DNA of 64,000 nt, taken from positions 1-64,000 of the IMG/VR virus record IMGVR_UViG_3300037400_002699. The stretch is one strand, 5' to 3'. A model generated the notes under the pieces. It was given only the letters and a program-made list of their open reading frames with translations. It had not been told where the DNA came from and made no database searches. Position numbers and translations under genes: made by a program. Shown in pieces: positions 35,791 to 45,472 of the stretch. Numbering within the stretch: position 1 is the stretch's first letter; every line of letters starts with the position of its first letter. Source of the DNA: a virus (Duplodnaviria > Caudoviricetes).

Positions 35791-37580
35791 CTTCTTCTAA
35801 TTTTTACGTTTTTCTTATTTCTAAATATATCATTGAATGAATTAATTCCTCTCGAAGAATTCATACTGATTGTGGAGCTTGTAGGTATTCTCTTCTCTAC
35901 TGGCTTTGCATTGGCAATTATAGCCCTTGCTGAATTCTCATTAATGATTGTGGTGGTTGACTTTCCAAGAATCCTGTTGACCTGGTACTCAATCCTTGCA
36001 AGTTTTGACGTACTATTAGCGTTAGTTGCATCAAAATCCTGGAAGTCTTTCTCGTCGATGAATCCAAGTGTATCTTTAGCCCTGGTGTATGCGACATACA
36101 TGAGGTTTTGCTCCTGCCTTATCTCCCAGTCCTTCTGTGCCGCCTTGCTAGGCATGAGTGAAGGACAGACAATGTAGACGTTATTTGCCTCCAAACCTTT
36201 AGCCTTGTGAATGGTTGACAATGCTATTCCAGTTCCCTTCTTGTCGCCCTTCGGGAATATCTCATCAATTCTCTTGATAAGTTCATCCGTTTGGTTGATT
36301 CCCTCTGATAATATCTCAAGAGCCTTTATCATATCCATCTTATTTTCGATTATAGGGCTTTTTAAGGCTGTCTGAGCGTCGATTCCAGAGCGTACCATGA
36401 TGTTATTCCTCGTGGTAAATAAATCGTCGTAGAGCCTTGCAAATAAGCCATCAGACCTACAGTCAGCATTGATTACATCTTGCTTGGTACTCATCACGAG
36501 CTTCTTTAGGTTGCTCCCTATGTCCTTGCCCCTAATGAAGGCTTTCTTACCAATCTTCAGAAACTCGTTATAGACCTGGATAAGTGGTGCATTGTTTCTG
36601 CACAGTATCATATCACCATCCTCTACCATATCCAGTGGTACATTATATAATACCTTACCTTCTCTACCTCCAGCTTCATTCCATTCTATAGAAGGTACAA
36701 TCTGCTTTGCGTAGTCAACAATGTTCCTTCCACAGCGATATGAAATACTGAGTGGTAGGCATGTGGTATTAGGTATTGATAGTATCTTATTGAATGACTC
36801 TGGGTCGGCCCCCGCAAAACTATAGAGGCACTGGTTTCTGTCGCCAATGGAGATAAGCCTCGTGCCCATCTTGAAACACTTCAACACAAGCTCTCTCTCG
36901 GCTTTGTTCATATCCTGGCATTCATCTACCATAATGAAGTCGTAAAGCAGTCCCAGTGGCTTCAAATTAAGCACATGAGGCAACCATACCATGTCTGTAT
37001 AATCTATATCTTCCAGATGGTTCTTTCCCCACTCCATAACCTTCAATGCTACAGACTTTTCGTCAGCAAACGTCTCGATACCATATCTGGTTTCTATGAA
37101 CTCCAGGTCTTTCTCAGTCTGACAGAGATAAAATCTTCCGAAATCAACATACTTCTTGATATTATCCATATACTTGAAGTAGTCCTTTGGTGATAACCTA
37201 CGGAGGTTTATAGTGGTATAATCGCGTATGAAGTTCCTTATGTGGGACTCATATTTGAATGGTTCTGGAACAATAGATATCGTCGGGAGGTTTCTCTTAA
37301 TCATAGTAAAGCCAAGACCGTGAAGTGTCTTTACCTCCACGTTTTCAAACTTCTTTGTCTTCTTGGTTAGTTCCTCCACAATGTCCCTGTTGAACGCTGC
37401 CATCAGTATCTTTTTGTCCTCTGGTATCAGTTCAAGACATTTGATAAGCGTTGTTGTTTTTCCAGCACCAGCAGCAGCCTCTACTACTATATGACCACTA
37501 CCGTGAAGTATCTGGTCGAATATGGCCGTCTGGTATTTACTAGGTACAAAATTATCAACTTCTTTCTTCTTTCTTGACAT
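35787..37580 (-). CDS. UvrD/Rep-family SF1 helicase (second paralog)
   Basis: AAAGAGKT, DECQD, IGD.NQ..Y.FAGAD, LSISYRC, TIHKAKGLE, YVAYTRAK. Confidence 0.93.
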   Translation of the reverse strand: MSRKKKEVDNFVPSKYQTAIFDQILHGSGHIVVEAAAGAGKTTTLIKCLELIPEDKKILMAAFNRDIVEELTKKTKKFENVEVKTLHGLGFTMIKRNLPTISIVPEPFKYESHIRNFIRDYTTINLRRLSPKDYFKYMDNIKKYVDFGRFYLCQTEKDLEFIETRYGIETFADEKSVALKVMEWGKNHLEDIDYTDMVWLPHVLNLKPLGLLYDFIMVDECQDMNKAERELVLKCFKMGTRLISIGDRNQCLYSFAGADPESFNKILSIPNTTCLPLSISYRCGRNIVDYAKQIVPSIEWNEAGGREGKVLYNVPLDMVEDGDMILCRNNAPLIQVYNEFLKIGKKAFIRGKDIGSNLKKLVMSTKQDVINADCRSDGLFARLYDDLFTTRNNIMVRSGIDAQTALKSPIIENKMDMIKALEILSEGINQTDELIKRIDEIFPKGDKKGTGIALSTIHKAKGLEANNVYIVCPSLMPSKAAQKDWEIRQEQNLMYVAYTRAKDTLGFIDEKDFQDFDATNANSTSKLARIEYQVNRILGKSTTTIINENSARAIIANAKPVEKRIPTSSTISMNSSRGINSFNDIFRNKKNVKIRRR

Positions 37581-37696
37581 CTTTTTCTTTTAGTGCAAAG
37601 ATATATAAAAAAAGTTAAAAAAACAAATTTATCAAAACAAAAAAATGGACTAGAAGCGAATCTAGTCCATTTTTTTTTTCTGTCTACGTTCTTCTT

Positions 37697-38536
37697 TTAC
37701 TCATCCTGGAAGATGTCACGGAGGTAGTTACGCAGGTGGGGGTTCTTCTCAAGGGTGTCCTTGATTTTGTTCTTGAGGTTGACCACTGAGGGGTCAATTG
37801 GAGCACCACCGTTACGTGCTGCACGAAGTTCTGCCATACGTCTGTCCTTGTCCTCAAGGAAGTGTACGAGCTGCTCACGGCTTGCGCTCTCAACGTCAAT
37901 CTCACCGTCCCACAGCTTGCTCTGGATGATGTCCACGAGCTGCTCACGCTCCATCGTGTTGAAAGGAGGACGCTGCTGCTGACCAGGTGCTGGCTTTGGC
38001 CAAGGCTTGAATCTGCCGTTAGCACCACGAGGCTGAACGCCTACTGGAGCTGGTTCGGGCATTTCCTGGCGATGGAAGTCATCGAACAGACCTGGAGGAG
38101 GTGGGGGCATTGTGCCTGGACGACGCATAGGAGCACCTGGACGCTGTGGCATTGGCATAGGTGTACCAGGACCGAAGCCTCCCTGCGGACGCTGTGGATG
38201 GTTTGGAATAGGGCGACCCTGTGGAGTGAAACCCTGGGGCTGCTCTGCTGGAGGAACGGGAGCACCGTTTTCCATAGCGAGAGGAGACTCCTCTACGGGC
38301 TTAATCTCAAGGACGTTGCCAGTTGCGATGAGCAACTTTGCGAAGGTAGTGAGGGTAATCTCACCGTTTCCATCGAGAATCTGCGCCAGCTCTGCCTCGG
38401 AAATTGCAAGTGCGTAAGCCAACTCACTGCGAGAAGTGTTAACCTCCTGCATAAACTGCATCATTCTGTTACGAATGTCATTCTTAGCCTGGCGAACCCA
38501 CTCGCTAGAGGCTGAAAGTAAAATCTGTCTATTCAT
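37697..38536 (-). CDS. XRE-type HTH protein with long proline-rich linker
   Basis: SRSELAYALAISEAELAQILDG HTH; ~100 aa P/G/Q/R-rich low-complexity middle; own promoter at ~38574. Confidence 0.75.
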   Translation of the reverse strand: MNRQILLSASSEWVRQAKNDIRNRMMQFMQEVNTSRSELAYALAISEAELAQILDGNGEITLTTFAKLLIATGNVLEIKPVEESPLAMENGAPVPPAEQPQGFTPQGRPIPNHPQRPQGGFGPGTPMPMPQRPGAPMRRPGTMPPPPPGLFDDFHRQEMPEPAPVGVQPRGANGRFKPWPKPAPGQQQRPPFNTMEREQLVDIIQSKLWDGEIDVESASREQLVHFLEDKDRRMAELRAARNGGAPIDPSVVNLKNKIKDTLEKNPHLRNYLRDIFQDE

Positions 38537-38621
38537 TTTAAAACTGTTTGTTAGTTAAATTTCTAATTCACGGTGCAAAGATATATATTTTCTGTGAGAA
38601 AACAAAATCCCTTAACACTTT

Positions 38622-39839
38622 TTAAGATAAATGATATGCTTTCTTCCTTATGTCGATAAGAAGGTCATTCACGAATGACTCGTCAATCTTCTTAGGAAGG
38701 TTTGACTTCTCAATTGCTTCATCAAGGTTTGCCTTATCCTTGTTTACAATCTCCATAAGCTCATCATACTCGAACTGATGATTTCTAACAGCCATAAGGA
38801 AGTCTCTGTCACCAGCAACACGTCTGTCAAGAATAAGTCCGTCACCGTTTGCAATCTCCTTACCCATACGGATAAGTCTGATGCAGTGCATCATGTTCTT
38901 TGAGTCATAGTTCTTGTCGAGGTTTGACTCATAACGCTTCTGGTTACGGTTCTGCTCCCAGTCCTTGTACTCCTTATACTTCTTGCAGTGGTCTTTGAAA
39001 CCACTCTCGTTGTATATCATGTGAACAAGAGGCTTCTCACCCTTTGTAACAGAAGAGCAACGCATATCAGTAGCCTCGTCAAGGCACATACCACGATAAT
39101 GCTTTACCTCCTTATTCTGCTCGAACCACTCCATAAGGGCGTAATCCTTAGACATAAGGTCGTAGAACTCAAGAGCGAACTCAAACGCCTTTCCACCAAG
39201 GTGCATAAAATCACCTGCTCTCTTGAAGTTATTTGCCTCGAAGTGAGCACCCCAGTCATAGTATACACCGTAGGTATCGTGCATATTAGGGATATGTACC
39301 AGACCACAGAAGTCCTTGTTAAGGCCACGGTTCTCCAGCCAGTTCTTAATCTTAGTACTACCCTGTGCATGGAAAGTATATGCAAAGTCGAATGGAGTCA
39401 GACGCTCGTGCATAGGATTCACAATCTTCTTGTTTAGCCCACGAGCCTTACCAATCTGCTGCACAGCATAACCTACAAACGGTGCAAAACACTGCTTGGT
39501 AATGAACTTATTCTTGTTTGCAAACAACTCAGCAAGAATAGGAGAAGGCTTGGTGATAACCTTATCCTCTGGAACAAAGAGTGACTCGATAATGCTGGGG
39601 TTGGACTTCATAAGCATGTGCATGTACTTACGAAGCTCATACCAGGTATTATCGTTCTTTGCATCAGCAACAAGCTCCTGGTAGCCAAGACCGATACCAA
39701 GCAGGGTATCGTGCGGGGCAATGAAGAGTCCGCTGCTGTCAACGTCACTATCTTCTGTCGCTAATCCATAGAGGTGAGAACCCCTAACGTACTCGTAAAG
39801 GAGTCTACCATCTTCTCTGATTTTATCGAAATTAGTCAT
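38622..39839 (-). CDS. RlaP/YcgL-like pol-beta nucleotidyltransferase
   Basis: RGSHLYGL..EDSDVD motif, KSNP..IESLF, YD.KNMMH..RL. Confidence 0.85.
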   Translation of the reverse strand: MTNFDKIREDGRLLYEYVRGSHLYGLATEDSDVDSSGLFIAPHDTLLGIGLGYQELVADAKNDNTWYELRKYMHMLMKSNPSIIESLFVPEDKVITKPSPILAELFANKNKFITKQCFAPFVGYAVQQIGKARGLNKKIVNPMHERLTPFDFAYTFHAQGSTKIKNWLENRGLNKDFCGLVHIPNMHDTYGVYYDWGAHFEANNFKRAGDFMHLGGKAFEFALEFYDLMSKDYALMEWFEQNKEVKHYRGMCLDEATDMRCSSVTKGEKPLVHMIYNESGFKDHCKKYKEYKDWEQNRNQKRYESNLDKNYDSKNMMHCIRLIRMGKEIANGDGLILDRRVAGDRDFLMAVRNHQFEYDELMEIVNKDKANLDEAIEKSNLPKKIDESFVNDLLIDIRKKAYHLS

Positions 39840-39860
39840 ATTTATTTTAATTTATTAGTT

Positions 39861-40655
39861 TCAAAAAAAGACGTTTTTTTCAGTAAGAAATTTTTCCAAA
39901 TCGGTGTAACTTTTAATCATCACATCCTGTATTTTGAAGACATCTTCATCTTTTACAACCAATGTTCCAGTTTTTTCAAAATTGGAGAGATTATTCCAGT
40001 TAATGCTGAATGTTTCCATTAACATATCTTGCATTTGACTTGAATTCTTACCCTGGAGTTCCTTTGGTGAAAATTTTGATTGTGCTAATGATGAAACAGA
40101 ATTCCTTACTGAATCCTTAATGCGCCAAAGTATACAATTTATAAGTTCTTCTCTTGGGATGTTGAACACACGTGCGTCGAACATTGCACCCTTCTCAATG
40201 GCTTTTTCATAAACTTTGTTAAACTTATGTGCGTCCTCGCTAACCTCTACTTTGCTATATGCATCCGTAAACCACTCTGCATATGCGTCAATAAACTTAT
40301 GATTGAAGTACAGTGTACACATAGAAGCAGCCACTGAGCACATCTTCTGTACGCTGTAGTCGAACCAAGCATCTGTGTTAATATCGTTGTAGTCAACCAA
40401 TACAAGTGTAATCTCGTCTGACTGAGTGTAGCCAAGAACACAACCCTGGATTTTCTGACACAGCTTAAGGGTTGTCTCTTGCATCGCCTTCATCAGCACC
40501 TTATCAAACGGTTTATCGAAGCCACGTGTGAAGGTGTGGAATGCTTTACCATCCAGTCTGACAATAACTGGCATACGTCTAACGAGATAGGTCTTAGCCC
40601 TGTTCTCGTAGTAGTTTTTCATCCTGTCACCCAGGCTATCTCTTTTATTTGCCAT
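39861..40655 (-). CDS. tRNA(His) guanylyltransferase Thg1-like protein
   Basis: VRLDGKAFH.FT, YTQSDEI, FDARVF, WR..D..RNS. Confidence 0.92.
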   Translation of the reverse strand: MANKRDSLGDRMKNYYENRAKTYLVRRMPVIVRLDGKAFHTFTRGFDKPFDKVLMKAMQETTLKLCQKIQGCVLGYTQSDEITLVLVDYNDINTDAWFDYSVQKMCSVAASMCTLYFNHKFIDAYAEWFTDAYSKVEVSEDAHKFNKVYEKAIEKGAMFDARVFNIPREELINCILWRIKDSVRNSVSSLAQSKFSPKELQGKNSSQMQDMLMETFSINWNNLSNFEKTGTLVVKDEDVFKIQDVMIKSYTDLEKFLTEKNVFF

Positions 40656-41328
40656 ATTTCTTCTTAATTATTAATGTTGAATCACTGTAATTTATCATTA
40701 TGTCTCCAAACTTCCCAAGCATTGTCTGTCCAAATAGAGGAGAATCGTCAGCACTACCACCTTCTGGGTCTGATGTACATTTGACCGAATCAATCTTGAT
40801 ACCAGCAAGTTCTACTGATTTCAGCATATACTCCACACATTCATGTTCTTGACCATCAGCATATATGCAGGTTGCTGTTCCAACAGGTTTCTTGGAATCA
40901 AGCAGACCCTGGTGTCCCAAGAATAAAACCTCCACTGGTGTTAGGTGTATGCCAGCACACCCTGTATCAAGCAAGAAACGCATTTCTACTCCATTGATTT
41001 TCGGTCTGATATACATCATGTTTTTGTGTATCTCAAGTTTTACCTTAATTACAGAACTGTCAACCTGGTTTCTGACTGGTGCTGGCTTTGGAAGTGTATC
41101 ATTGATAATACCTATTTCAGTAAGTCCTTTAACCGTATCTTTCTTGATTCGTTCAATACTTAAAGCATCTGCAATAAGGTTGTATGTACTGTCCTTATAT
41201 TCAACAAGCTTTTCTCCAGCCTTATCAACAGCAGCTTTACCCCCAACAACAATGACGAAGGTAATTGCTGAAATGATTGCAATTATGAAAACTGTTACAA
41301 AACAGCCAAAGCCTTTTTTATTTTTCAT
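40645..41328 (-). CDS. Membrane-anchored retropepsin-like aspartyl protease
   Basis: N-terminal TM helix; INGV.M.FLLDTG and LFGQ..L motifs. Confidence 0.82.
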   Translation of the reverse strand: MKNKKGFGCFVTVFIIAIISAITFVIVVGGKAAVDKAGEKLVEYKDSTYNLIADALSIERIKKDTVKGLTEIGIINDTLPKPAPVRNQVDSSVIKVKLEIHKNMMYIRPKINGVEMRFLLDTGCAGIHLTPVEVLFLGHQGLLDSKKPVGTATCIYADGQEHECVEYMLKSVELAGIKIDSVKCTSDPEGGSADDSPLFGQTMLGKFGDIMINYSDSTLIIKKKYGK

Positions 41329-41560
41329 TTTCTATCAGTTTTTTTAATTCACGTACACAATCTGAATATCTCCTGTGTCCCTTGGTTACAACCTTACCAT
41401 CCTTTAATGCTCTGAACTCATGGTGGTAATAAACTGAGCATTTGTTAAAGCATGATTGCTCTATATACTCTATGATGTATCCCTTGTACTTATATGTTCT
41501 TAACGCACCAGGCTTACTCCAGGGTGTGCATTCAAACCAAGGTGCTGTTTTACTTTCCAT
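41318..41560 (-). CDS. Hypothetical protein
   Basis: 80 aa ORF overlapping downstream start. Confidence 0.6.
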   Translation of the reverse strand: MESKTAPWFECTPWSKPGALRTYKYKGYIIEYIEQSCFNKCSVYYHHEFRALKDGKVVTKGHRRYSDCVRELKKLIENEK

Positions 41561-41667
41561 TATTAATTATCGTTTTTAGTGATTGTGACATGTTCTTTAT
41601 TTCAAACAATACGTTTTGCAGTTTTTGCAATATTGTTTACGTCCAATCTGAGCCATTACTATCTTAA

Positions 41668-42000
41668 TTAACAGTTATCACATACCATTTCGTACCAAGT
41701 CTCATCTTCATAGATTTTAAACCCTTCAGACTTGTACAGGTGCAGGGCATTATCATTACCATGAGCACAGGAGAGGTAAATTTTTGTACCTTTGTACTTT
41801 TCTTTAATCCACCTTAGCATAGCTCTGCCAATACCCCTGTTTCGGTTTCTCTTATCCCAAATACCGAAACTATGTAAGTACATACCATCCTTTTTAGGAT
41901 AGACTGAAAGAGACCCTATATTGCGTCCAGTAGCTGTTCTAACAGCATATAGCGTACCGAAAGCCCGTCCCTCCTCAAAATTAAATTCTATTCCATTCAT
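41668..42000 (-). CDS. GNAT acetyltransferase
   Basis: RNRGIG, N..ALHLYKSEGF. Confidence 0.85.
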   Translation of the reverse strand: MNGIEFNFEEGRAFGTLYAVRTATGRNIGSLSVYPKKDGMYLHSFGIWDKRNRNRGIGRAMLRWIKEKYKGTKIYLSCAHGNDNALHLYKSEGFKIYEDETWYEMVCDNC

Positions 42001-42095
42001 CTTGCTTATTTATTACTTTTCTGCTGCAAAGATAAATAAAAAAAACGAGATAACCAAATGTTACCCCGTTTTTTTAATGTTTTTTAATGATTGGA

Positions 42096-42602
42096 TTACC
42101 AACCGAAGTCTTCACAATCCCACCAGTGGGTCTCTCCAATCAGCTCACAACCTGGAACTTCGTTCCTCATAGGAGGTGGACAGCTCACTGGCTTACGGAT
42201 TGCACCGCAGCGGTGTGTGATAACGTCCTCTGGAGTTGCCAAACCACGGGCGATGCAGTCCTCACCTGCCTCGACGAACTTGTCGAATGCTGCGTGGTCA
42301 CTCTCGAACTGCCAACGCTTGTCGTAGTCCTCACAACGAGGTTCTGTAATTTTGAACTCTGCGCCGAAACGCTTATTCTCACATGCTGGTGTTCCAGCGA
42401 TTCCCCACTCTGGGGCAGGACCGCCACAACCGCATGGGTTTGGACGAGGTGTCCACTGTGGCTTAGGAGCAGGACGTGGTGTCCATGCTGGCTTGCTACA
42501 ACGAGGCTCTGGTTTTTCAAAAGCTTCCTTCAATGCCTCACTAATCTTCTCAACTACGTTTCCGAACGTAGGAACTCCGATAACAAAAATTTTTGCTTCC
42601 AT
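42096..42602 (-). CDS. Pro/Cys-rich hypothetical protein
   Basis: 168 aa, WTPRP repeats, own promoter at ~42657. Confidence 0.65.
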   Translation of the reverse strand: MEAKIFVIGVPTFGNVVEKISEALKEAFEKPEPRCSKPAWTPRPAPKPQWTPRPNPCGCGGPAPEWGIAGTPACENKRFGAEFKITEPRCEDYDKRWQFESDHAAFDKFVEAGEDCIARGLATPEDVITHRCGAIRKPVSCPPPMRNEVPGCELIGETHWWDCEDFGW

Positions 42603-42817
42603 AACTATTTTAAAAGTTTAAAAATAAGATGTTTTCTGTAAATTTCTGATTTACGATGCAAAGATATATATTTTTTTTCGTAATTCCAAATTTTCGACTA
42701 TTTTTTTTTGAAAAATCTTTCTCTGTCCTTCTCTACCTTATTTAATATAGCAGTCTTAACGTTGTTGCTGAGTGTTGTAGTACACCTGGAGATAGAGCCA
42801 CTCTGTGTCTCGTCTAA

Positions 42818-43267
42818 TTATCTTCTTCCACCTACGTGTCCACCACCCCTTGGTGCTGGTCTTCTAGGCGTAGTTGCTCTCGGTGCTGGTGTTGGTCTGT
42901 TGTTACCAGGCCTTATGTTATTTCTCCCTGGCTCAATACGTCTACCACCAGGTCTGCCAACATGCGCTGGCCTTCTAGGTCTTACAGTTCTGTACTCTGG
43001 GAAATATGGTCTTGTTCTATGTCTGTCAAACACATACACTCTTCCATTGAAGTATCTTGGAGTGTAGTACACATTCCTGTACAAGTACCATAGGAGCACG
43101 TTGTCAGCAGAGTAATATGGAACTCCATATGCCATTACAAGGCGTATATCTATGTTTCCGTCATAGATAGCATATACACCATCAGTTTCTGCCTGTACTG
43201 TAGCTACGCATGATGTCATACAGAGACACATAGCAGCAATTGTCAAAAGTTTAATAAAATTCTTCAT
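42818..43267 (-). CDS. Lipoprotein with Arg/Pro/Gly-rich tail
   Basis: Lipobox MTSC, promoter at ~43294. Confidence 0.7.
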   Translation of the reverse strand: MKNFIKLLTIAAMCLCMTSCVATVQAETDGVYAIYDGNIDIRLVMAYGVPYYSADNVLLWYLYRNVYYTPRYFNGRVYVFDRHRTRPYFPEYRTVRPRRPAHVGRPGGRRIEPGRNNIRPGNNRPTPAPRATTPRRPAPRGGGHVGGRR

Positions 43268-43392
43268 AAGCGTATACTGTTTTCTATAACTAGTGCAAAG
43301 ATATATGTATTTTTTCTAAAATACAAGTATTTATAGAAGAAATAGGGATTTTCTAACGTTTTTTAGGAAAAAGCCTACTGGAGGATAGGAAT

Positions 43393-43779
43393 ATGAAAAA
43401 GGTAATTAGATTAACAGAAGGTGACCTTCACAAGATTGTGAAAGAGTCGGTTAAAAAGATATTGAAGGAGTATAATTTCAATGCTGTTCGCAGTGTTGAA
43501 ACAAAGCTGAAGATGGCTGCTGCAAAAGCTCAATATGGAAGATATAATGAGGCTGCTAGAATGATAGAGGAGGCATCGGAGCTTGTTGAACAGTACAACG
43601 ACAAACTAATCCAAGCATTAGGTGAAGACGAGTATGAGCAACTAGTTAAGATACTAGATGCAATGGTTCGCCCAATGCCCGTAGACGGAAAAATTCTATT
43701 GAGGCTCATAACCAAGGCATTGGCTATCATAAAGAATGGATATAAGACAGATGATAAAATTGAATTTGGTGAAATATAA
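43393..43779 (+). CDS. Putative head-internal protein with IRLTEGDLHKIVKESVKKILKE motif
   Basis: Motif shared with 22777; TATTTATA at 43328. Confidence 0.75.
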   Translation: MKKVIRLTEGDLHKIVKESVKKILKEYNFNAVRSVETKLKMAAAKAQYGRYNEAARMIEEASELVEQYNDKLIQALGEDEYEQLVKILDAMVRPMPVDGKILLRLITKALAIIKNGYKTDDKIEFGEI

Positions 43780-43793
43780 AAAAGGGAGCTTAA

Positions 43794-44225
43794 TCAGCCC
43801 CCCTTTTTTTTATAATGTGACATAGCCTTTTTCAAATAATCGTTTGTTCCTGCTGCTGTGTAGCCAGGACCGCCATTCCAAATTCTGATGGCTTTTTCTA
43901 CGTCGTTGGACTTGTTTAAGTACGTCTGGTACATTACAAACATTTCCTTTGACTTCTGAACGTTATATCTGTCTACCAAGGTATAACGTTTTTTAGATTT
44001 CTTGGCTTTTAACCAAGTATTACACTGCTTCACTAACCCTGGTGTAATCTGTAAGATTCCAGCACAATCACCTATCGGATTATGTGCCTTAGGGTTTCCC
44101 TTACTTTCTACTTGTATGATGGCATCAATTACTGGTGTCCAGTCATACGCTTTTTTCTTTTGTGCCGCTACGCTAATAGGAAGCATCAGCATGCACGTTA
44201 AAATTAATTTTTTCAGTCTCATCAT
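43794..44225 (-). CDS. Lytic transglycosylase (SLT-like) with signal peptide
   Basis: AIIQVES.GNP.A, GILQIT, IRIWNGG. Confidence 0.85.
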   Translation of the reverse strand: MMRLKKLILTCMLMLPISVAAQKKKAYDWTPVIDAIIQVESKGNPKAHNPIGDCAGILQITPGLVKQCNTWLKAKKSKKRYTLVDRYNVQKSKEMFVMYQTYLNKSNDVEKAIRIWNGGPGYTAAGTNDYLKKAMSHYKKKGG

Positions 44226-44239
44226 ATATAAAATTTAGT

Positions 44240-44310
44240 GAGGCTCGTATGCAGTATGCTGCACCGATATGGTGACGATATGTGAGAGCGAGTTACGTCA
44301 CCGTCTCCTC
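44240..44310 (-). ncRNA. Candidate cis-regulatory structured RNA upstream of transglycosylase
   Basis: Three-way junction: GAGG/CCTC, GGTGACG/CGTCACC, TGCAG-cata-CTGCA; GC-rich island in AT-rich spacer. Confidence 0.4.
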
Positions 44311-44323
44311 TTATTAATTAACC

Positions 44324-44713
44324 TTACTTGATGTTCCTCAAGAAGTCGTAACTTGTCAGATTTCCAAGCTTAAGCTTTGGTGACCTGTTGTACCAATCCT
44401 TGGCAATCTGGAGGAACAATCCCTTTCTTTCTAACTCATTTGCTATTAATTTATGATAATTTTCTTCTGATTCTAGTTGGTCTACCACATCGTCAATCCA
44501 TGCGGACTCACTAGTTGGTATTCCGTTCATTAACTTTACGAACACGGCAAGAGGCTTCATCGTGCCATTGCTATTCTTACCCTGGTACTGACCCTGCGTG
44601 TAGTTATCGTCCAAGAATTTCTTCACCATGAGAATCTTGTCTGCATATGATTCATTGATAATCTGCCTTTTGACAGTATCGAAAGCTCTTTCTGATAATA
44701 TTATCTTCTTCAT
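44324..44713 (-). CDS. Hypothetical late protein (KKIILSE...IINES N-terminus)
   Basis: 129 aa; minus-strand TATTTAT at 44733-44739. Confidence 0.7.
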   Translation of the reverse strand: MKKIILSERAFDTVKRQIINESYADKILMVKKFLDDNYTQGQYQGKNSNGTMKPLAVFVKLMNGIPTSESAWIDDVVDQLESEENYHKLIANELERKGLFLQIAKDWYNRSPKLKLGNLTSYDFLRNIK

Positions 44714-44739
44714 GTCATAACATGCATTTATAATAAATA

Positions 44740-45303
44740 TCAGCTTAACAGCTTTTTGTTCAATGGCATCATATAGAACACAGCCTCTGGTATTCTAAAC
44801 ACCTCTATGAACCCTAGCCTCTGCCAGTATGCGTGGGTCTTCAAGTCAATCTCAACTGCAATCCATATAAAATCGTAGTTTTTAATCAAGAACTCAATGT
44901 TGTGGAACAGCATCTTTCTGTCAAGACCTGTGCCCCTCAATCTCTCGTCAATGATGAACGAGTGACCGTTGACCTGTGAGAACTGACCCAGGTAGTCAGC
45001 CATGTCATTATTTATATGTTTCAACGGACTTCCAATGGCTATTGGATATTCACAGAACATCAACAGTCCATAGATGTCGCCCGTGTACTTATCAACCAGC
45101 TTTATAGACTCATCCAGTCTTGCCCTGGACTGTATCAACTGCTGGAAGGCTTCCTCCTCTGAGTACATATCGAATGCCTTGGCTAAAGTGTTGCATATTG
45201 CTTCAATGTCGCCTTGGCAGGTCTTCTGGATTTCTATCCTTTCTAACAAGTCGTTTTTACTTAAATCGTTGTCTACGAGCTTGTTACATAAATCTATCAT
45301 CAT
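44740..45303 (-). CDS. GNAT-like acetyltransferase
   Basis: RLRGTG and YWQRLGF motifs. Confidence 0.7.
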   Translation of the reverse strand: MMIDLCNKLVDNDLSKNDLLERIEIQKTCQGDIEAICNTLAKAFDMYSEEEAFQQLIQSRARLDESIKLVDKYTGDIYGLLMFCEYPIAIGSPLKHINNDMADYLGQFSQVNGHSFIIDERLRGTGLDRKMLFHNIEFLIKNYDFIWIAVEIDLKTHAYWQRLGFIEVFRIPEAVFYMMPLNKKLLS

Positions 45304-45472
45304 AGTCGATAACGATTTACAAGTGCAAAGATATACAATTTTTTTGTAATAACCAAAAATTTACGTATAAATTTACTTATTTTAACAAAAAGGAGAAGGG
45401 ATTTAGTGCCCCCTCCTCCCTAAAAAGTAGTTAATATGATAACAAAATATTTAAAAAATTATGAGGTCTAGT

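Noticed and set aside
37684-38515. Several overlapping ORFs (37684-38028, 37755-37982, 37862-38515, 38112-38417)
   Set aside because: Shadow frames of the GC-richer, codon-biased HTH/proline-rich gene on the minus strand.
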